A stretch of 59,340 bases of DNA from an uncultured virus (IMG/VR IMGVR_UViG_3300025723_000019) (IMGVR_UViG_3300025723_000019:62001-121340), one strand, 5' to 3'. Shown: positions 9,705 to 18,814, numbered from the stretch's first letter. Made by a program: numbers and translations. The notes: generated by a model from the letters alone, not told the origin.

Positions 9705-10996
9705 CAGATAATCAGTAAATCTCCCCAGCCACGAGAGCCGTAGTCAAGTCCGATACCAACCGTCAACATTCCAGCAGGGGAGTTTGCACCCGTCTGGCTT
9801 GTAAACCACTTAGAACCACCATCCATCGCTGGGCATTGGAACACTTGGCGACCAGTGCCTTCAGATGCGACGAAGTGGTGATAATGGCCAGAGATGAGGA
9901 TTGCGCTGTCCGCAGCCGGAGTGCGACCCATTACTTGGCCTTTCCACCACGCCTCAATCTTGGCAACCGTGCCTCCACCGTTGCCCTTTCCAAATTGGTG
10001 GCCGTGAGCGAACGTCACTGGCACACCACAGATGTCCAAGGTGATAGTCAAGTCTTCCTGAACGAGGCCGTCGAACTGGGGCATCGAAACATTGACGTAG
10101 CGTTCTGGGTTCTTCAGATAACAACGGTACGTTGAGGTGAAAACATCCAAATCGTCGTTGTCCAACCAGTCCGTGAACGCCTTGCCGTTCTTGCGGTTTT
10201 CACCGTGATTGCCCGGAACGGCAGTGAGGATGATTTGGATATCGGGGAAATTGTCTACCAACAATTCCACCATCCGGTCAATGAGGTAGACCACCAAGTC
10301 CTTCTGTTGGCGACGAGTGAGGACGGTTTGGAAAGTCTGCATATCGTAGTGACCGTCGCACTGCTCCACGAGGTCGCCCATTCCAGCAATGTAGATATGG
10401 CTAGGCGCACGACCAGCCTTACGCAGTTCCTTGACCCGTTCCACCACACGGTCTTGGGCGAGGCAGATGCGCTCGGTCATTGCATCTGGGCCACCCCCTT
10501 CCCCTTTTCCTGTCTGCCAATCGGAAAAAGTGACTACCAATGCACGGTTGCTGTTTACACTTGGGGCGGACTTCAGTGGCTTGCGCTTCAGAATCTTCTC
10601 GCACAACGTGTCCACGTTGATGGAGCGTTCACCACCTTGGCGACGGCGAATCTGCGCTCGGTAGTACTTCATTCGATGCACGGTTGGGTGACCGTCTGCA
10701 TCTCGGCCCATATTGGCATCCCAGCCACGGATATTGACGGAGCCGTCTACGACTTCCGTAGTGTCTGGTGAAAGCCCCCAGTCCTGCATAAGGACTTCCC
10801 AAAACGCCGGGTCTGGCTCATTGGGGAGAAGCGGTGAGGTGATGTAGCCCTCGTTGCCATTCCATTGGAACGATGGCTCAGTTCCTTTTGGAATGGTGTT
10901 GACGTGACGCTGTGGCAATGACGATGCTGCGTCACTTAGCGACACGATACGCCCCCTTGTGGGTGGATTCAGCAGGGCATTGACACTGGCCGTCAA
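9704..10996 (-). CDS. calcineurin-like metallophosphoesterase (Mre11-like nuclease of actinophages); start uncertain
   Basis: SDWQTGK, GDLVE, PGNHGE, AHGH and SGHYHH metal motifs. Confidence 0.8.
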   Translation of the reverse strand: MTASVNALLNPPTRGRIVSLSDAASSLPQRHVNTIPKGTEPSFQWNGNEGYITSPLLPNEPDPAFWEVLMQDWGLSPDTTEVVDGSVNIRGWDANMGRDADGHPTVHRMKYYRAQIRRRQGGERSINVDTLCEKILKRKPLKSAPSVNSNRALVVTFSDWQTGKGEGGGPDAMTERICLAQDRVVERVKELRKAGRAPSHIYIAGMGDLVEQCDGHYDMQTFQTVLTRRQQKDLVVYLIDRMVELLVDNFPDIQIILTAVPGNHGENRKNGKAFTDWLDNDDLDVFTSTYRCYLKNPERYVNVSMPQFDGLVQEDLTITLDICGVPVTFAHGHQFGKGNGGGTVAKIEAWWKGQVMGRTPAADSAILISGHYHHFVASEGTGRQVFQCPAMDGGSKWFTSQTGANSPAGMLTVGIGLDYGSRGWGDLLII

Positions 10997-11192
10997 GGTG
11001 ACGCTTCAGGGTCTTCTCGTTGAGTTTCTTGCCGTCGGCAGTGACCACTCTGGCAATCCAGCCAGCAGGCTTTTGGAGTTCAATCCACGATTTCAGCGTG
11101 GCAGTGTCATCCTTGTCTAACGACTTCAGGAAGTCTGCGAAGCGACAGGTGGATGATTGCTCAATACGCTTTTCAGCATCTCGCAGCGACAT
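10932..11192 (-). CDS. small hypothetical protein with Cys/His motif
   Basis: 86 aa; C...RH..G.C.C; coupled to the phosphoesterase gene. Confidence 0.55.
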   Translation of the reverse strand: MSLRDAEKRIEQSSTCRFADFLKSLDKDDTATLKSWIELQKPAGWIARVVTADGKKLNEKTLKRHLDGQCQCPAESTHKGAYRVAK

Positions 11193-11229
11193 ACGGAAAT
11201 CGTATCACCAGTATTGCCGTAAACTGTGG

Positions 11230-11586
11230 CTACTCGGTGGCTGGCTTCTTGACTGCCTTTTTCACCGTCTTCGCTGCTGGCTTCTTGGCCGGAGCCTTGG
11301 TCACAACAGGCTCGTCTACAGCCTCAGGCTCAACAACGGTTTCCACCTCAGGCTCGGCTTCCACGGGGGGCCAAACCCACCCGGCAGCAGCCAGTTCCTC
11401 GTCAAGGTGTTCCAATTCATACGGGGTCAAGGGCCTTGCCCATCCGTACAGTTCGATGTGGTCAAATCCTCGTCGTGTCCACGTTTCAGTGGAGACGAGA
11501 TTGTTCGGCCCAAACACAGAATCGCCAAAGGCACCGGCTGGGTACACTTTGGCGATTCTGTGTGTGAAGCGTGGTTCGGGGTTCAT
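11230..11586 (-). CDS. hypothetical protein with basic PAKK tail, after the capsid gene
   Basis: 118 aa; KAPAKKPAAKTVKK; TAGGCT -10-like element 6 nt upstream of ATG. Confidence 0.6.
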   Translation of the reverse strand: MNPEPRFTHRIAKVYPAGAFGDSVFGPNNLVSTETWTRRGFDHIELYGWARPLTPYELEHLDEELAAAGWVWPPVEAEPEVETVVEPEAVDEPVVTKAPAKKPAAKTVKKAVKKPATE

Positions 11587-11605
11587 ACCCCTAGCCTACT
11601 AGAGG

Positions 11606-12685
11606 CTAGATGGCCGTGCCACCGATGATGTTGCTGAAGAAGTAGCCGAGGTCGGCTGCGACAACCTTGTTGTCAAAGGCGATTTCACCTTCAACTCGGT
11701 CTGCCTTCAGTTCCTCCATACGGAAGCGGCTCACACCAACCGTGGTACCGAGGCCACCCGACACGCCAGTCCACATAAACGTGTAGCCAGCGGAGGGGGT
11801 CATCACACCGGGGTTCGGGGCGGTGTAGGCAAGCAGGGCGTTGTTGCCGACGGTGAACTTGTAGTTGCTGGAAGCAACACCAACACCGAGCAGGTCGCTC
11901 GCCGTCTCGTTCGCCGTGTTCACGACAGCCTTGGCGACCAGCACTCGGTCAACTCCAAAGAGTTGGGCGAGCAGGTCTTCGGTGACGATGGCACCGGCCT
12001 GAGTGAACTTGTAGCGGTCAACGAGAAGCGGGTGGTTCTTCAGCACTTGGAAGACACGGTAGCCAAGCACGAGGGTGTTCGGCTCGTAGCCCGTGGTCTG
12101 CAAGATGGCAGCCTTGGCGAGTTCCACGTCCGCAATCGGGTTGGAGTAGTAGGTTCCACCGTTGGTGTACGACGAGGTACCCGTCGCACCAACGTAGTCA
12201 TCCCACTGCCACACGGCAGTACCAGCGTTAACAGCCGCGGTAGAACCGGTAGCGGGCTGACCATTGACACCCAAGGCCCAGACACCGGCTTGGAAGTAGT
12301 CGCTGGCCCACTGAACCTCACGACGGAGAAGAAGACGCTGGGTGATGAACTGCGTCGCCTCCATATCGGGGTTGAGGGGGTTGTCGGAGTTGGCACGGGT
12401 CTGGTCACCAATGTCCTTGTGGAAAGCCCACACGTCGGCCATATAGGTGTCCGTGGTGAGGCCGTAGCCAGAACCAGCGGAGACGGTGCCATCAGCACGA
12501 CGCTGAGCCTCGTCACGGAACCAGTCATCCTTCGTGTACTTGAAGTACAGGTTGGACTTCTTGTCCACCGGGATGACAGGGAAAACCTTGTCAGCGATGA
12601 AGTTGTCGGTGTTCTGCAAGTACGCGACTGAAATGTTGGTCAGAATCGCGTCAATGTGAACATTTTGAACGTTTGGTTGGGGCAT
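11606..12685 (-). CDS. major capsid protein (lambda gpE-like family)
   Basis: VHIDAILTNISVAY, FIADKVFPVIPV, GYEPNTLVLG, VVAADLGYFF; strongly biased codon usage; position after scaffold and decoration genes. Confidence 0.9.
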   Translation of the reverse strand: MPQPNVQNVHIDAILTNISVAYLQNTDNFIADKVFPVIPVDKKSNLYFKYTKDDWFRDEAQRRADGTVSAGSGYGLTTDTYMADVWAFHKDIGDQTRANSDNPLNPDMEATQFITQRLLLRREVQWASDYFQAGVWALGVNGQPATGSTAAVNAGTAVWQWDDYVGATGTSSYTNGGTYYSNPIADVELAKAAILQTTGYEPNTLVLGYRVFQVLKNHPLLVDRYKFTQAGAIVTEDLLAQLFGVDRVLVAKAVVNTANETASDLLGVGVASSNYKFTVGNNALLAYTAPNPGVMTPSAGYTFMWTGVSGGLGTTVGVSRFRMEELKADRVEGEIAFDNKVVAADLGYFFSNIIGGTAI

Positions 12686-12706
12686 TGTTCAGGTTCCTTT
12701 CTAAAC

Positions 12707-13468
12707 CTATGCGTTGCGAGACGGGGCCGAAGCCGTGACAGCCATCGCAATGAGGTCACCCTGAGCACCGCTGGAAAGCGCAGTACCGTAAACCCACGAG
12801 GTAGGGCTGGCGTAAGAACCAGTCGTTGGGTAGGTGACAGGGACAACTGCGCCAGAGGTGTCAATCGTCAGAGCCTGACCGACGGTCACAGCAAGACCAC
12901 AAACAACCTTGGAGATACCCGAAAGGGTGACCTCAGCCTCAGCGAGGGCTTCAAGGTTGCCGCCAGCAGCAGTGCGGTACACCGGCTGGTTCTGAAGAAT
13001 ACCGATGGCCTTGGGGCCGGTTCCACCAGCGTTCACGGCAGTCGTGCCGGGAGCAGTCTGTCCGGCAACAATCGCCGTGGCAACAGGTTGGCTAGCAGGC
13101 TGACCCTGAACCGTGAGGGTAATCGAAGCGCTTGCGGTGGTACCGGGAGCAGCCTGCGAGATGGTGAACGAGCCAGCAGCAATGTTGATGCCGACAACCG
13201 TTGCACCAGCAAGACCGGCTGGCGCGGTGACGAGCGCACCGGGGACGATTCCAGCAAATGCTGCTGGGGTCGCCGTGGTACCGGTCACCGACACCGAGTT
13301 GCTACCAGCGGTCACGTTCGCAGTGATGGTCGCACTGGTCGAACCAAGGGAAACGAAGCGGAACTGCGGGGTGAAGACCGGGGTTCCAGCCGAGTTAACC
13401 TGCGTCGAAAGCGACGAATCGGCAACCAGCGAAACCTTGACGGTGTATGGATTTTGTTCCCAAGCCAT
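12707..13468 (-). CDS. capsid decoration/cement protein (DUF2190-like) with an inserted beta domain
   Basis: IGILQNQP...AEV..SGISKVV.G...G.AL...GTAL...GDLI; sits between scaffold and capsid genes. Confidence 0.65.
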   Translation of the reverse strand: MAWEQNPYTVKVSLVADSSLSTQVNSAGTPVFTPQFRFVSLGSTSATITANVTAGSNSVSVTGTTATPAAFAGIVPGALVTAPAGLAGATVVGINIAAGSFTISQAAPGTTASASITLTVQGQPASQPVATAIVAGQTAPGTTAVNAGGTGPKAIGILQNQPVYRTAAGGNLEALAEAEVTLSGISKVVCGLAVTVGQALTIDTSGAVVPVTYPTTGSYASPTSWVYGTALSSGAQGDLIAMAVTASAPSRNA

Positions 13469-13470
13469 AT

Positions 13471-14247
13471 TTATCGAGCCTTTTCAGCGAGGTACTGGGT
13501 GTAGAGGTCTGGGTTCGACTGGGCAACAGCCAGCAGAGCAGCCTCAAAGGACGGGGCCGTGCCGGAAGCAACAGCAGCCTTCGCGAGGTTCTCCATCTTG
13601 GAGTAGGAATCGTCGCTCGCAACAGGAGCGTCGGAACCAACCTCAGTGAAAACCACGTTGGTTTCAAGCAAAGCGTTGGCACTGTCAAGTGCCTTGACAA
13701 CCTCGTTCGCGAGGGTGCCATCGTTTTCAGCCAAGCGACGAAGCGCAGGGCCGACAATCGTGGGGTCAATGTTCAGGTGCGACCACTGAGCAGCCTTCAT
13801 CACGGCAGCCTCGTCAGCACGAGCGTCACGCTCGGCCAAAAGAGCCTGCTCTGAGGCAGCAGCCTTGCGGAGTGCAGCCTCGGCGTTAGCCGAAGCGTCA
13901 TCCAGCATCTTGCGGATAGCCGCAGGCATCGCCTTAATGATGTCAGCCTCGCTCGCAGCCTCAGGGATGATGACAACCTCTGGGGTTGACACCTCTGGGG
14001 TGAAAGACATAGTTTCCTCCTTGGAAACGAGGGTGGGGATTACTGCCTTGTTCGCTTCGACTTCCACTTCGTCGTTGGCATCATCTGCCAATTCGATTTC
14101 AGTGTCTTCGGGGCGAACTTCGTCAAGAACCGCAGCAACGTCAGAAGGATTGGCAGACTTCATCACTACCCAGCCATCGTGGAGGTGCGCCGGGCGGTCA
14201 ACGCCCGAAGTCTCCTTGATGTTCAGACGGACTAACTTACGAGCCAC
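13471..14247 (-). CDS. scaffold protein with N-terminal protease-like strand
   Basis: GTG start with AGGAG RBS; RLNIKETSGVDRPAH at the N-terminus; acidic Ala-rich helices; C-terminal NPDLYTQY. Confidence 0.7.
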   Translation of the reverse strand: MARKLVRLNIKETSGVDRPAHLHDGWVVMKSANPSDVAAVLDEVRPEDTEIELADDANDEVEVEANKAVIPTLVSKEETMSFTPEVSTPEVVIIPEAASEADIIKAMPAAIRKMLDDASANAEAALRKAAASEQALLAERDARADEAAVMKAAQWSHLNIDPTIVGPALRRLAENDGTLANEVVKALDSANALLETNVVFTEVGSDAPVASDDSYSKMENLAKAAVASGTAPSFEAALLAVAQSNPDLYTQYLAEKAR

Positions 14248-14293
14248 GCCATCTCCTAACGATTCATTGCCCATCTAGGGCTTGACTACTGAA

Positions 14294-14321
14294 ATCGTAG
14301 AAGACTTTTTGGAAGTGTCAA
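14294..14321 (-). promoter_or_regulatory. candidate promoter for the scaffold-capsid operon
   Basis: TTGACA-N16-TACGAT on the minus strand. Confidence 0.55.
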
Positions 14322-14352
14322 GCAATAGCGCGATATTGCGCTTGCCGAGGGC

Positions 14353-15150
14353 CTAGAAGACGGAGTAGTTGTCCTCTTGGCAGCGTTGTTGGAACGAACA
14401 CCAGTTGCACAGGATGGATGGCTGTGCTGGAAAATTGGAAGTCTCGTAGGCTCGCTCAATGGCTGCCCACACGGAACGCACACGAGTTTCAGCATCCCGG
14501 ATGTCAATGTCCGTCACGGTTTTTTCGATGGTGACTGCATCCTTGACGTAGATAAGGCTCATCACGCTGGGCCGTTCACCGTAAACCTTTTCGCACAGGT
14601 AGGCGTACACCTGACACGCTTCCAATGCCTTGGATTCGTACCGGGGCTTTGGAACCTTGCCGGTCTTGTAGTCACGGATGGCGAGTGTGCCATCTGGGAG
14701 CCGGTCTAGCCGGTCAATGATTCCTCGCAGGCCAAAGTCGCCCATATCCAAGTCCAAACGGATTTCGGTGGAAACCACGTCAATCGAACTGGGGTCTTCC
14801 ATCGTGAAGTAGGTGCGAATCAACTTGGTGATTTCGGCAGCGTACTTCTGCACACGGATTTCATCGAAGCCAAGTTCTTCAATCGCTTCGGGGGTCATAT
14901 ATTCCCGATAGAGCGAACGGAAGTGCTTCATCGCATTGTCCACTGTCCGGTCTTCGGGGGCTTCGTCACGGAACAGGTTTTCCAGCACGGCGTGGAAGAT
15001 AGTTCCCCGGTATGCAGCCTCACCCTTCTTCTCTGGCAGTCTCTCCACCGAGACGTACTGGTACTGGCGAGGGCAGTTTTTGAATTGGCTTACCCGACTT
15101 GGTGATACTCCGTCGGGCTTCTCACCGAGATAAACAGGGGTTGAGGACAT
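14353..15150 (-). CDS. RecB/Cas4-like PD-(D/E)XK exonuclease with 4-Cys cluster
   Basis: SPSR..F..CPRQY, GTIFH, GIIDRLD, DYKTGK, CNWCSFQQRC. Confidence 0.85.
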   Translation of the reverse strand: MSSTPVYLGEKPDGVSPSRVSQFKNCPRQYQYVSVERLPEKKGEAAYRGTIFHAVLENLFRDEAPEDRTVDNAMKHFRSLYREYMTPEAIEELGFDEIRVQKYAAEITKLIRTYFTMEDPSSIDVVSTEIRLDLDMGDFGLRGIIDRLDRLPDGTLAIRDYKTGKVPKPRYESKALEACQVYAYLCEKVYGERPSVMSLIYVKDAVTIEKTVTDIDIRDAETRVRSVWAAIERAYETSNFPAQPSILCNWCSFQQRCQEDNYSVF

Positions 15151-15180
15151 ACGTTCCACCATAGCAGAACGGTGTGACGT

Positions 15181-15438
15181 TTACTTGTACCGGCGAGCCT
15201 TACGAATCAACTTGTTGACTTCTTCGGCCAAAGCGAACGCAGCGTCAATGTCACGGGTGTAGATGCTGAAATCTTGGAACGGCATACCAATGCCGTTGAA
15301 CTGCTCACGCTGGATGAGGCGCAGTTCGGTGATTCCATTCCCCGACCAAACGACGTAGCGATACGGCTCGTCTACTGCTTCAAATTCGTTGAACTCGCCC
15401 TTCTTCCACACAAGCCGGGACTTGGTGAACGGCCACAT
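15181..15438 (-). CDS. hypothetical protein
   Basis: 85 aa; start overlaps the upstream stop. Confidence 0.55.
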   Translation of the reverse strand: MWPFTKSRLVWKKGEFNEFEAVDEPYRYVVWSGNGITELRLIQREQFNGIGMPFQDFSIYTRDIDAAFALAEEVNKLIRKARRYK

Positions 15439-15671
15439 CAGGCAGAACCCTCTGCGTACTGCACGAGGTGGGTGAACGGCTCAATGGATTCCAAGCGAGC
15501 AGTGAGGTCGGCCACCTGCTTGGTCAGTGCTTCGTTTTCACTGGCCAGCCGCGCAAGGGCATCCTGCTGGGTCAGTGCCTTTTGGACAAGGTTGTGCAAG
15601 TCTTCGTCGTTCGGCGTACCAAGGGTCATTTCCTTGGCAATCCTCTCGGCCAATTCGTTCAGTGAACTCAT
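15438..15671 (-). CDS. hypothetical coiled-coil protein
   Basis: Heptad pattern LARLASENEALTKQVADLTARLE. Confidence 0.55.
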   Translation of the reverse strand: MSSLNELAERIAKEMTLGTPNDEDLHNLVQKALTQQDALARLASENEALTKQVADLTARLESIEPFTHLVQYAEGSA

Positions 15672-15726
15672 CCTCAACTCCCTACTAGGGTTGCTGCACA
15701 TAGGTTAGCACAGATATTTAGTTTGC

Positions 15727-16119
15727 CTACACTTGACCCGTGTAGCGTGGGCAAGTTTCTAAGTCGTTCCAATCCGGGTGGAACTCAACGGCTGTACTCC
15801 GATGGCAGTGCAGACATTCCACCAACGCCTCTCCGAGGGCAATGCAATCTTTGTTGGTGATGCGCCAGTCGTGCTGGCAGAACTCCGGGTCAACATCTTG
15901 GACAGTGATGACGGTGCGCTTGTACCCGTCACGGCGAATCCGGCCTTCGACTTCCATTCTGACCAGCATCTGCTGAACCGTTGATGTACTCCGAATTCCT
16001 GTCGCAGTGCAGATACTTCGGATGGATGGTGAAAACCCCATCTCCCTACAGTGCCAAGCGATGTAGCGAAGAATCTCTGCGTCTTTACGACGGGGTGGCG
16101 TGTTCGGTTTCGTTCGCAT
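15727..16119 (-). CDS. LexA-type DNA-binding domain fused to a C-terminal Zn-ribbon
   Basis: EILRYI...GFSPSIRSIC...GIRSTSTV..L..ME..GRIRRD matches the LexA N-domain; then CQHDW...CLHC with no peptidase domain. Confidence 0.75.
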   Translation of the reverse strand: MRTKPNTPPRRKDAEILRYIAWHCREMGFSPSIRSICTATGIRSTSTVQQMLVRMEVEGRIRRDGYKRTVITVQDVDPEFCQHDWRITNKDCIALGEALVECLHCHRSTAVEFHPDWNDLETCPRYTGQV

Positions 16120-16190
16120 TTCACTACCGTACAGGGTTGAGTGTGTTGTTGCAAACCTCTGCTGAAGTGGATACGATAACGGGGCTTCGG

Positions 16191-16209
16191 TTGGCAGACA
16201 GTCTGCCAA
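16191..16209. promoter_or_regulatory. perfect inverted repeat, operator candidate
   Basis: TTGGCAGAC-A-GTCTGCCAA, ~70 bp upstream of the LexA-like gene. Confidence 0.45.
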
Positions 16210-16259
16210 GCCCTAACCCGAAGTACTGCAATGCTGCGTTAACCAACACCAGAAGTACC

Positions 16260-16300
16260 GACGAGGCGGCCTCTCCAACGGGCCGCTTCGTCATTTCTCT
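16260..16300 (+). terminator. GC-rich hairpin, possible terminator
   Basis: GACGAGGCGGCC...GGCCGCTTCGTC followed by ATTTCTCTT. Confidence 0.45.
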
Positions 16301-16328
16301 TGACACCCTGTAGTGGGGTTGGTATACT
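16300..16328 (+). promoter_or_regulatory. near-consensus sigma70/SigA promoter
   Basis: TTGACA-N17-TATACT with extended -10 TG. Confidence 0.8.
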
Positions 16329-16334
16329 GTGTTT

Positions 16335-16565
16335 GGAAGCACGTCGGCGTGGCGACGGTAAAAAGGGCATTAAGCCACGAGCGTTGTCAGAAGACAGGTT
16401 GCCACTTACGGTTCTTTGGAAGTCACCATCCAAAATTTCCTACCTTGGGTGACAAGGTTGGAAGCCGTATAAAAAGAACCATTGCCTATCGGATGGTGAT
16501 TTTGGCATATACAGATAGGTATGGGAGTAGCAGTCCCCTGATTACCAAGGCTTGGCCAGCCAACT
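16335..16565 (+). ncRNA. candidate structured non-coding RNA
   Basis: Downstream of a strong promoter; no credible ORF; several complementary segments including crossing helices. Confidence 0.45.
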
Positions 16566-16570
16566 GCAAT

Positions 16571-16855
16571 TCAATCCTGAGCGTCTTGCTCTGCCTCGGA
16601 GATGAGTGCGTCGGCAAAGGCCGAGATGTTGTCGAAGTCAATGCCTTGATGCGCTGCGAGCCGACCAGTGGCGAGGTGAAAAGCGTAGCGAAGTACGTCT
16701 TTCTCCTTTTCGATTTCGGCAATCTTGTTGTCCGTTGTGACGGTGTGCTGAATCAACTTGTCAATGTCTTCGGCGTACTTGTAGAGCAACTGGTGGCAGG
16801 TTTCCAAATCCCTTCGGGTGGTTTCCACCAACGCCTTCAGTTCTTTCTTCCTCAT
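16571..16855 (-). CDS. hypothetical coiled-coil protein
   Basis: MRKKELK...; ATGA overlap with the upstream small ORF. Confidence 0.55.
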   Translation of the reverse strand: MRKKELKALVETTRRDLETCHQLLYKYAEDIDKLIQHTVTTDNKIAEIEKEKDVLRYAFHLATGRLAAHQGIDFDNISAFADALISEAEQDAQD

Positions 16856-16995
16856 CGGTACCTTTCGGGAATAGGCCCCTTGTAGGGCGTTCCATTGAAC
16901 TCGGTGGTGAACGGGAACCGCTTCGTGCAGTTCTTGCAGTTCACCCACACCTTGCTTCCTACTGCGATGAGTTGCCATTCGTGCGGACAATCCAC
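16852..16995 (-). CDS. 47-aa Zn-ribbon protein (below ORF-track cutoff)
   Basis: MDCPHEWQLIAVGSKVWVNCKNCTKRF...; overlaps both neighbours. Confidence 0.6.
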   Translation of the reverse strand: MDCPHEWQLIAVGSKVWVNCKNCTKRFPFTTEFNGTPYKGPIPERYR

Positions 16996-17180
16996 TATTC
17001 CAAACCCCCAAGGAGAATGACGGCAATCCTATCCACAAACTGGAGTGCGTCGGCAATGTTGTCAAAGTCGGGCGTAGTGAAAAATGCGTGGAACGAGCCG
17101 TCGGCTTCTTCGTAGACCTTGGCGTAGAAACCGTTCCCATACCAAAGGCTGACTAGCCGTTTTTCACCTTCGCCCAGCAC
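16995..17180 (-). CDS. hypothetical protein
   Basis: 61 aa; coupled to both neighbours. Confidence 0.5.
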   Translation of the reverse strand: MLGEGEKRLVSLWYGNGFYAKVYEEADGSFHAFFTTPDFDNIADALQFVDRIAVILLGGLE

Positions 17181-17407
17181 TACTGCTCCCCAAAGAGAAT
17201 GAAGTCGCTCACTGGGGTGATGTACTCGGTGTCGGTTTCAATCCAAACCCGTGCGCCACATTTGTCCGGGGTGTCGCTCTGCACGAGGCGCATCGGGCCG
17301 TTGATGAGGATTTCACTGTAGTGAGCAACCCCTTTGTAGGTGCGAACGATGATGGCTGGTTCGCCCTTCTTGATTTTCTGTTGGTGAATATGAACGATGG
17401 CCTTCAC
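17180..17407 (-). CDS. conserved phage hypothetical protein
   Basis: IVHIHQQ...EILINGP...CGARVWIET; GTGA overlap start. Confidence 0.6.
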   Translation of the reverse strand: MKAIVHIHQQKIKKGEPAIIVRTYKGVAHYSEILINGPMRLVQSDTPDKCGARVWIETDTEYITPVSDFILFGEQ

Positions 17408-17583
17408 GCCTGTAGCCAGTCGCTTGGGCTTCCGAGCCGGACAACGCCGTAGCAAATCTCGTCATTTTCATCCAGCAACGCTTCTTCGGCATCCGTCAGT
17501 GGTGGAAAATCGTGGAAAGCGCAGTACTGCTGGGTACAGAAACCCGAAGCAATTCCAAATTCCAGCCATTCGTCAAACGTCAT
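17404..17583 (-). CDS. 59-aa hypothetical protein (below ORF-track cutoff)
   Basis: MTFDEWLEFG...C..HD.PPL...; 4-nt overlaps at both ends. Confidence 0.6.
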   Translation of the reverse strand: MTFDEWLEFGIASGFCTQQYCAFHDFPPLTDAEEALLDENDEICYGVVRLGSPSDWLQA

Positions 17584-18521
17584 TCGACCACCTCTATCTG
17601 GTAGAACATTGGGGCATCATCGTAGATACGGTTTTGTGCGATTTCACTGTACTCAGGGTTGAGTTCCGTACCAACAAAGTTCCTTCCGTGGCGCAGCGCA
17701 ACGACTGCCACCGTTCCACTTCCAGCAAACGGGTCAAGTACCGTGTCGCCGGGTGCTGAACCAGCAAGGATGCACGGCTCTGCAAGGGCCTCTGGCATCA
17801 CCGCAAAGTGCGCCCCTTTGAAGGGCTTAGTGTTGATAGTCCATACGTCACGCTTATTCCGCTTACCGTCATAGACCTTGTATTCGGGTGGTCGGGCATT
17901 GACCCCCTTTAGACCCTGCCTTTCAGCAGAACCCTTTGCCGCCTTTGTGCCAGCAGGGATAACGCCATCCTCTTTGATGGCCTCGTGGTCGTAGTAATAC
18001 CGAGGCGACTTGGTGAGCAGAAACAGATACTCGTGGCTCTTGGTGGGTCGGTCGGTGACGCTCTCGGGCATCGGATTGGGCTTGTGCCAGATGATGTCGC
18101 TGCGGAGATACCAGCCGTCTTGCTGAAGTGCGAACGCCACGCGCCAAGGTATGCCAATCAAGTCTTTCGGCTTCAGGCCAGTGGGCACTGGTGGTCGGCC
18201 TAGGGCTTTCAATGCGTCGTGTTGACCGTTTTCATTGCCCTTACGGTTACCACCACCACCAACTCCTGAGCCAGCATAACTGTCCCCAAGGTTGAGCCAC
18301 AAGGTTCCATCGTCAGACAGCACACGGCGCACCTCACGGAATACCTCCACCAGTTCATTGACGTAATCGTCTGGTGTCTGCTCTAGGCCAATCTGTCCAT
18401 CGTGTCCATAGTCACGCAGCCCGAAGTAGGGCGGTGAAGTGATGCAGGTGCGGACAGAGCCGTCGGGGATTTCGGCCAAGCGTGTACGCACGTCACCCAC
18501 GAGGATGCGAGCGTGTGGCAT
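17580..18521 (-). CDS. DNA methyltransferase, N4-C/N6-A, beta class
   Basis: ITSPPYFGLRDY precedes VLDPFAGSGT; also DIIWHKPNPMPES and HFAVMP. Confidence 0.92.
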   Translation of the reverse strand: MPHARILVGDVRTRLAEIPDGSVRTCITSPPYFGLRDYGHDGQIGLEQTPDDYVNELVEVFREVRRVLSDDGTLWLNLGDSYAGSGVGGGGNRKGNENGQHDALKALGRPPVPTGLKPKDLIGIPWRVAFALQQDGWYLRSDIIWHKPNPMPESVTDRPTKSHEYLFLLTKSPRYYYDHEAIKEDGVIPAGTKAAKGSAERQGLKGVNARPPEYKVYDGKRNKRDVWTINTKPFKGAHFAVMPEALAEPCILAGSAPGDTVLDPFAGSGTVAVVALRHGRNFVGTELNPEYSEIAQNRIYDDAPMFYQIEVVE

Positions 18522-18754
18522 TACTTCCCGCCGAAGCGCAGGTTGGCGTGCTTAGGGCAGAAGTGGGCTTCTTCAGTTGGAAGCCAATCCTCAGCATCCG
18601 GGGTTCCCGGCTCCGTTGCTCTCGTACACTCCGGCTCGTCGCACAGCCAAAGTGGTGAACGTTCTTCGGTCAGGGGGTCAACTCCGATTGCTTCAGTCAT
18701 ATAAGCAACCGTAGCAGGGTTGGTGATGCCGGGCAAGGAACCTAAAGAAATGAC

Positions 18755-18783
18755 TTGACTTTGTGACACCCATTCGCTAGACT
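18755..18783 (+). promoter_or_regulatory. promoter of the small + strand operon
   Basis: TTGACT-N17-TAGACT. Confidence 0.7.
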
Positions 18784-18814
18784 GGTGTTTAGTAGTGCCA
18801 AACGAGAGGAACCG

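Noticed and set aside
11963..14278. Long + strand ORFs opposite the capsid, decoration and scaffold genes (likewise 29012-29848, 30710-31534, 39063-39953)
   Set aside because: Antisense shadows of GC-biased genes, with no RBS or recognisable motifs.
14353..15150. Cas4 as evidence of a CRISPR-Cas system
   Set aside because: No repeat-spacer array or other cas genes are present; stand-alone RecB/Cas4-like nucleases are common in phages.
16130..16260. tmRNA or tRNA
   Set aside because: No tRNA-like acceptor or T arm, and no in-frame tag peptide ending in a stop could be built. No cloverleaf was recognised elsewhere by eye.
16313..16885. 190-aa + strand ORF after the promoter
   Set aside because: Its start lies inside the promoter and most of it is antisense to a coupled minus-strand gene run.
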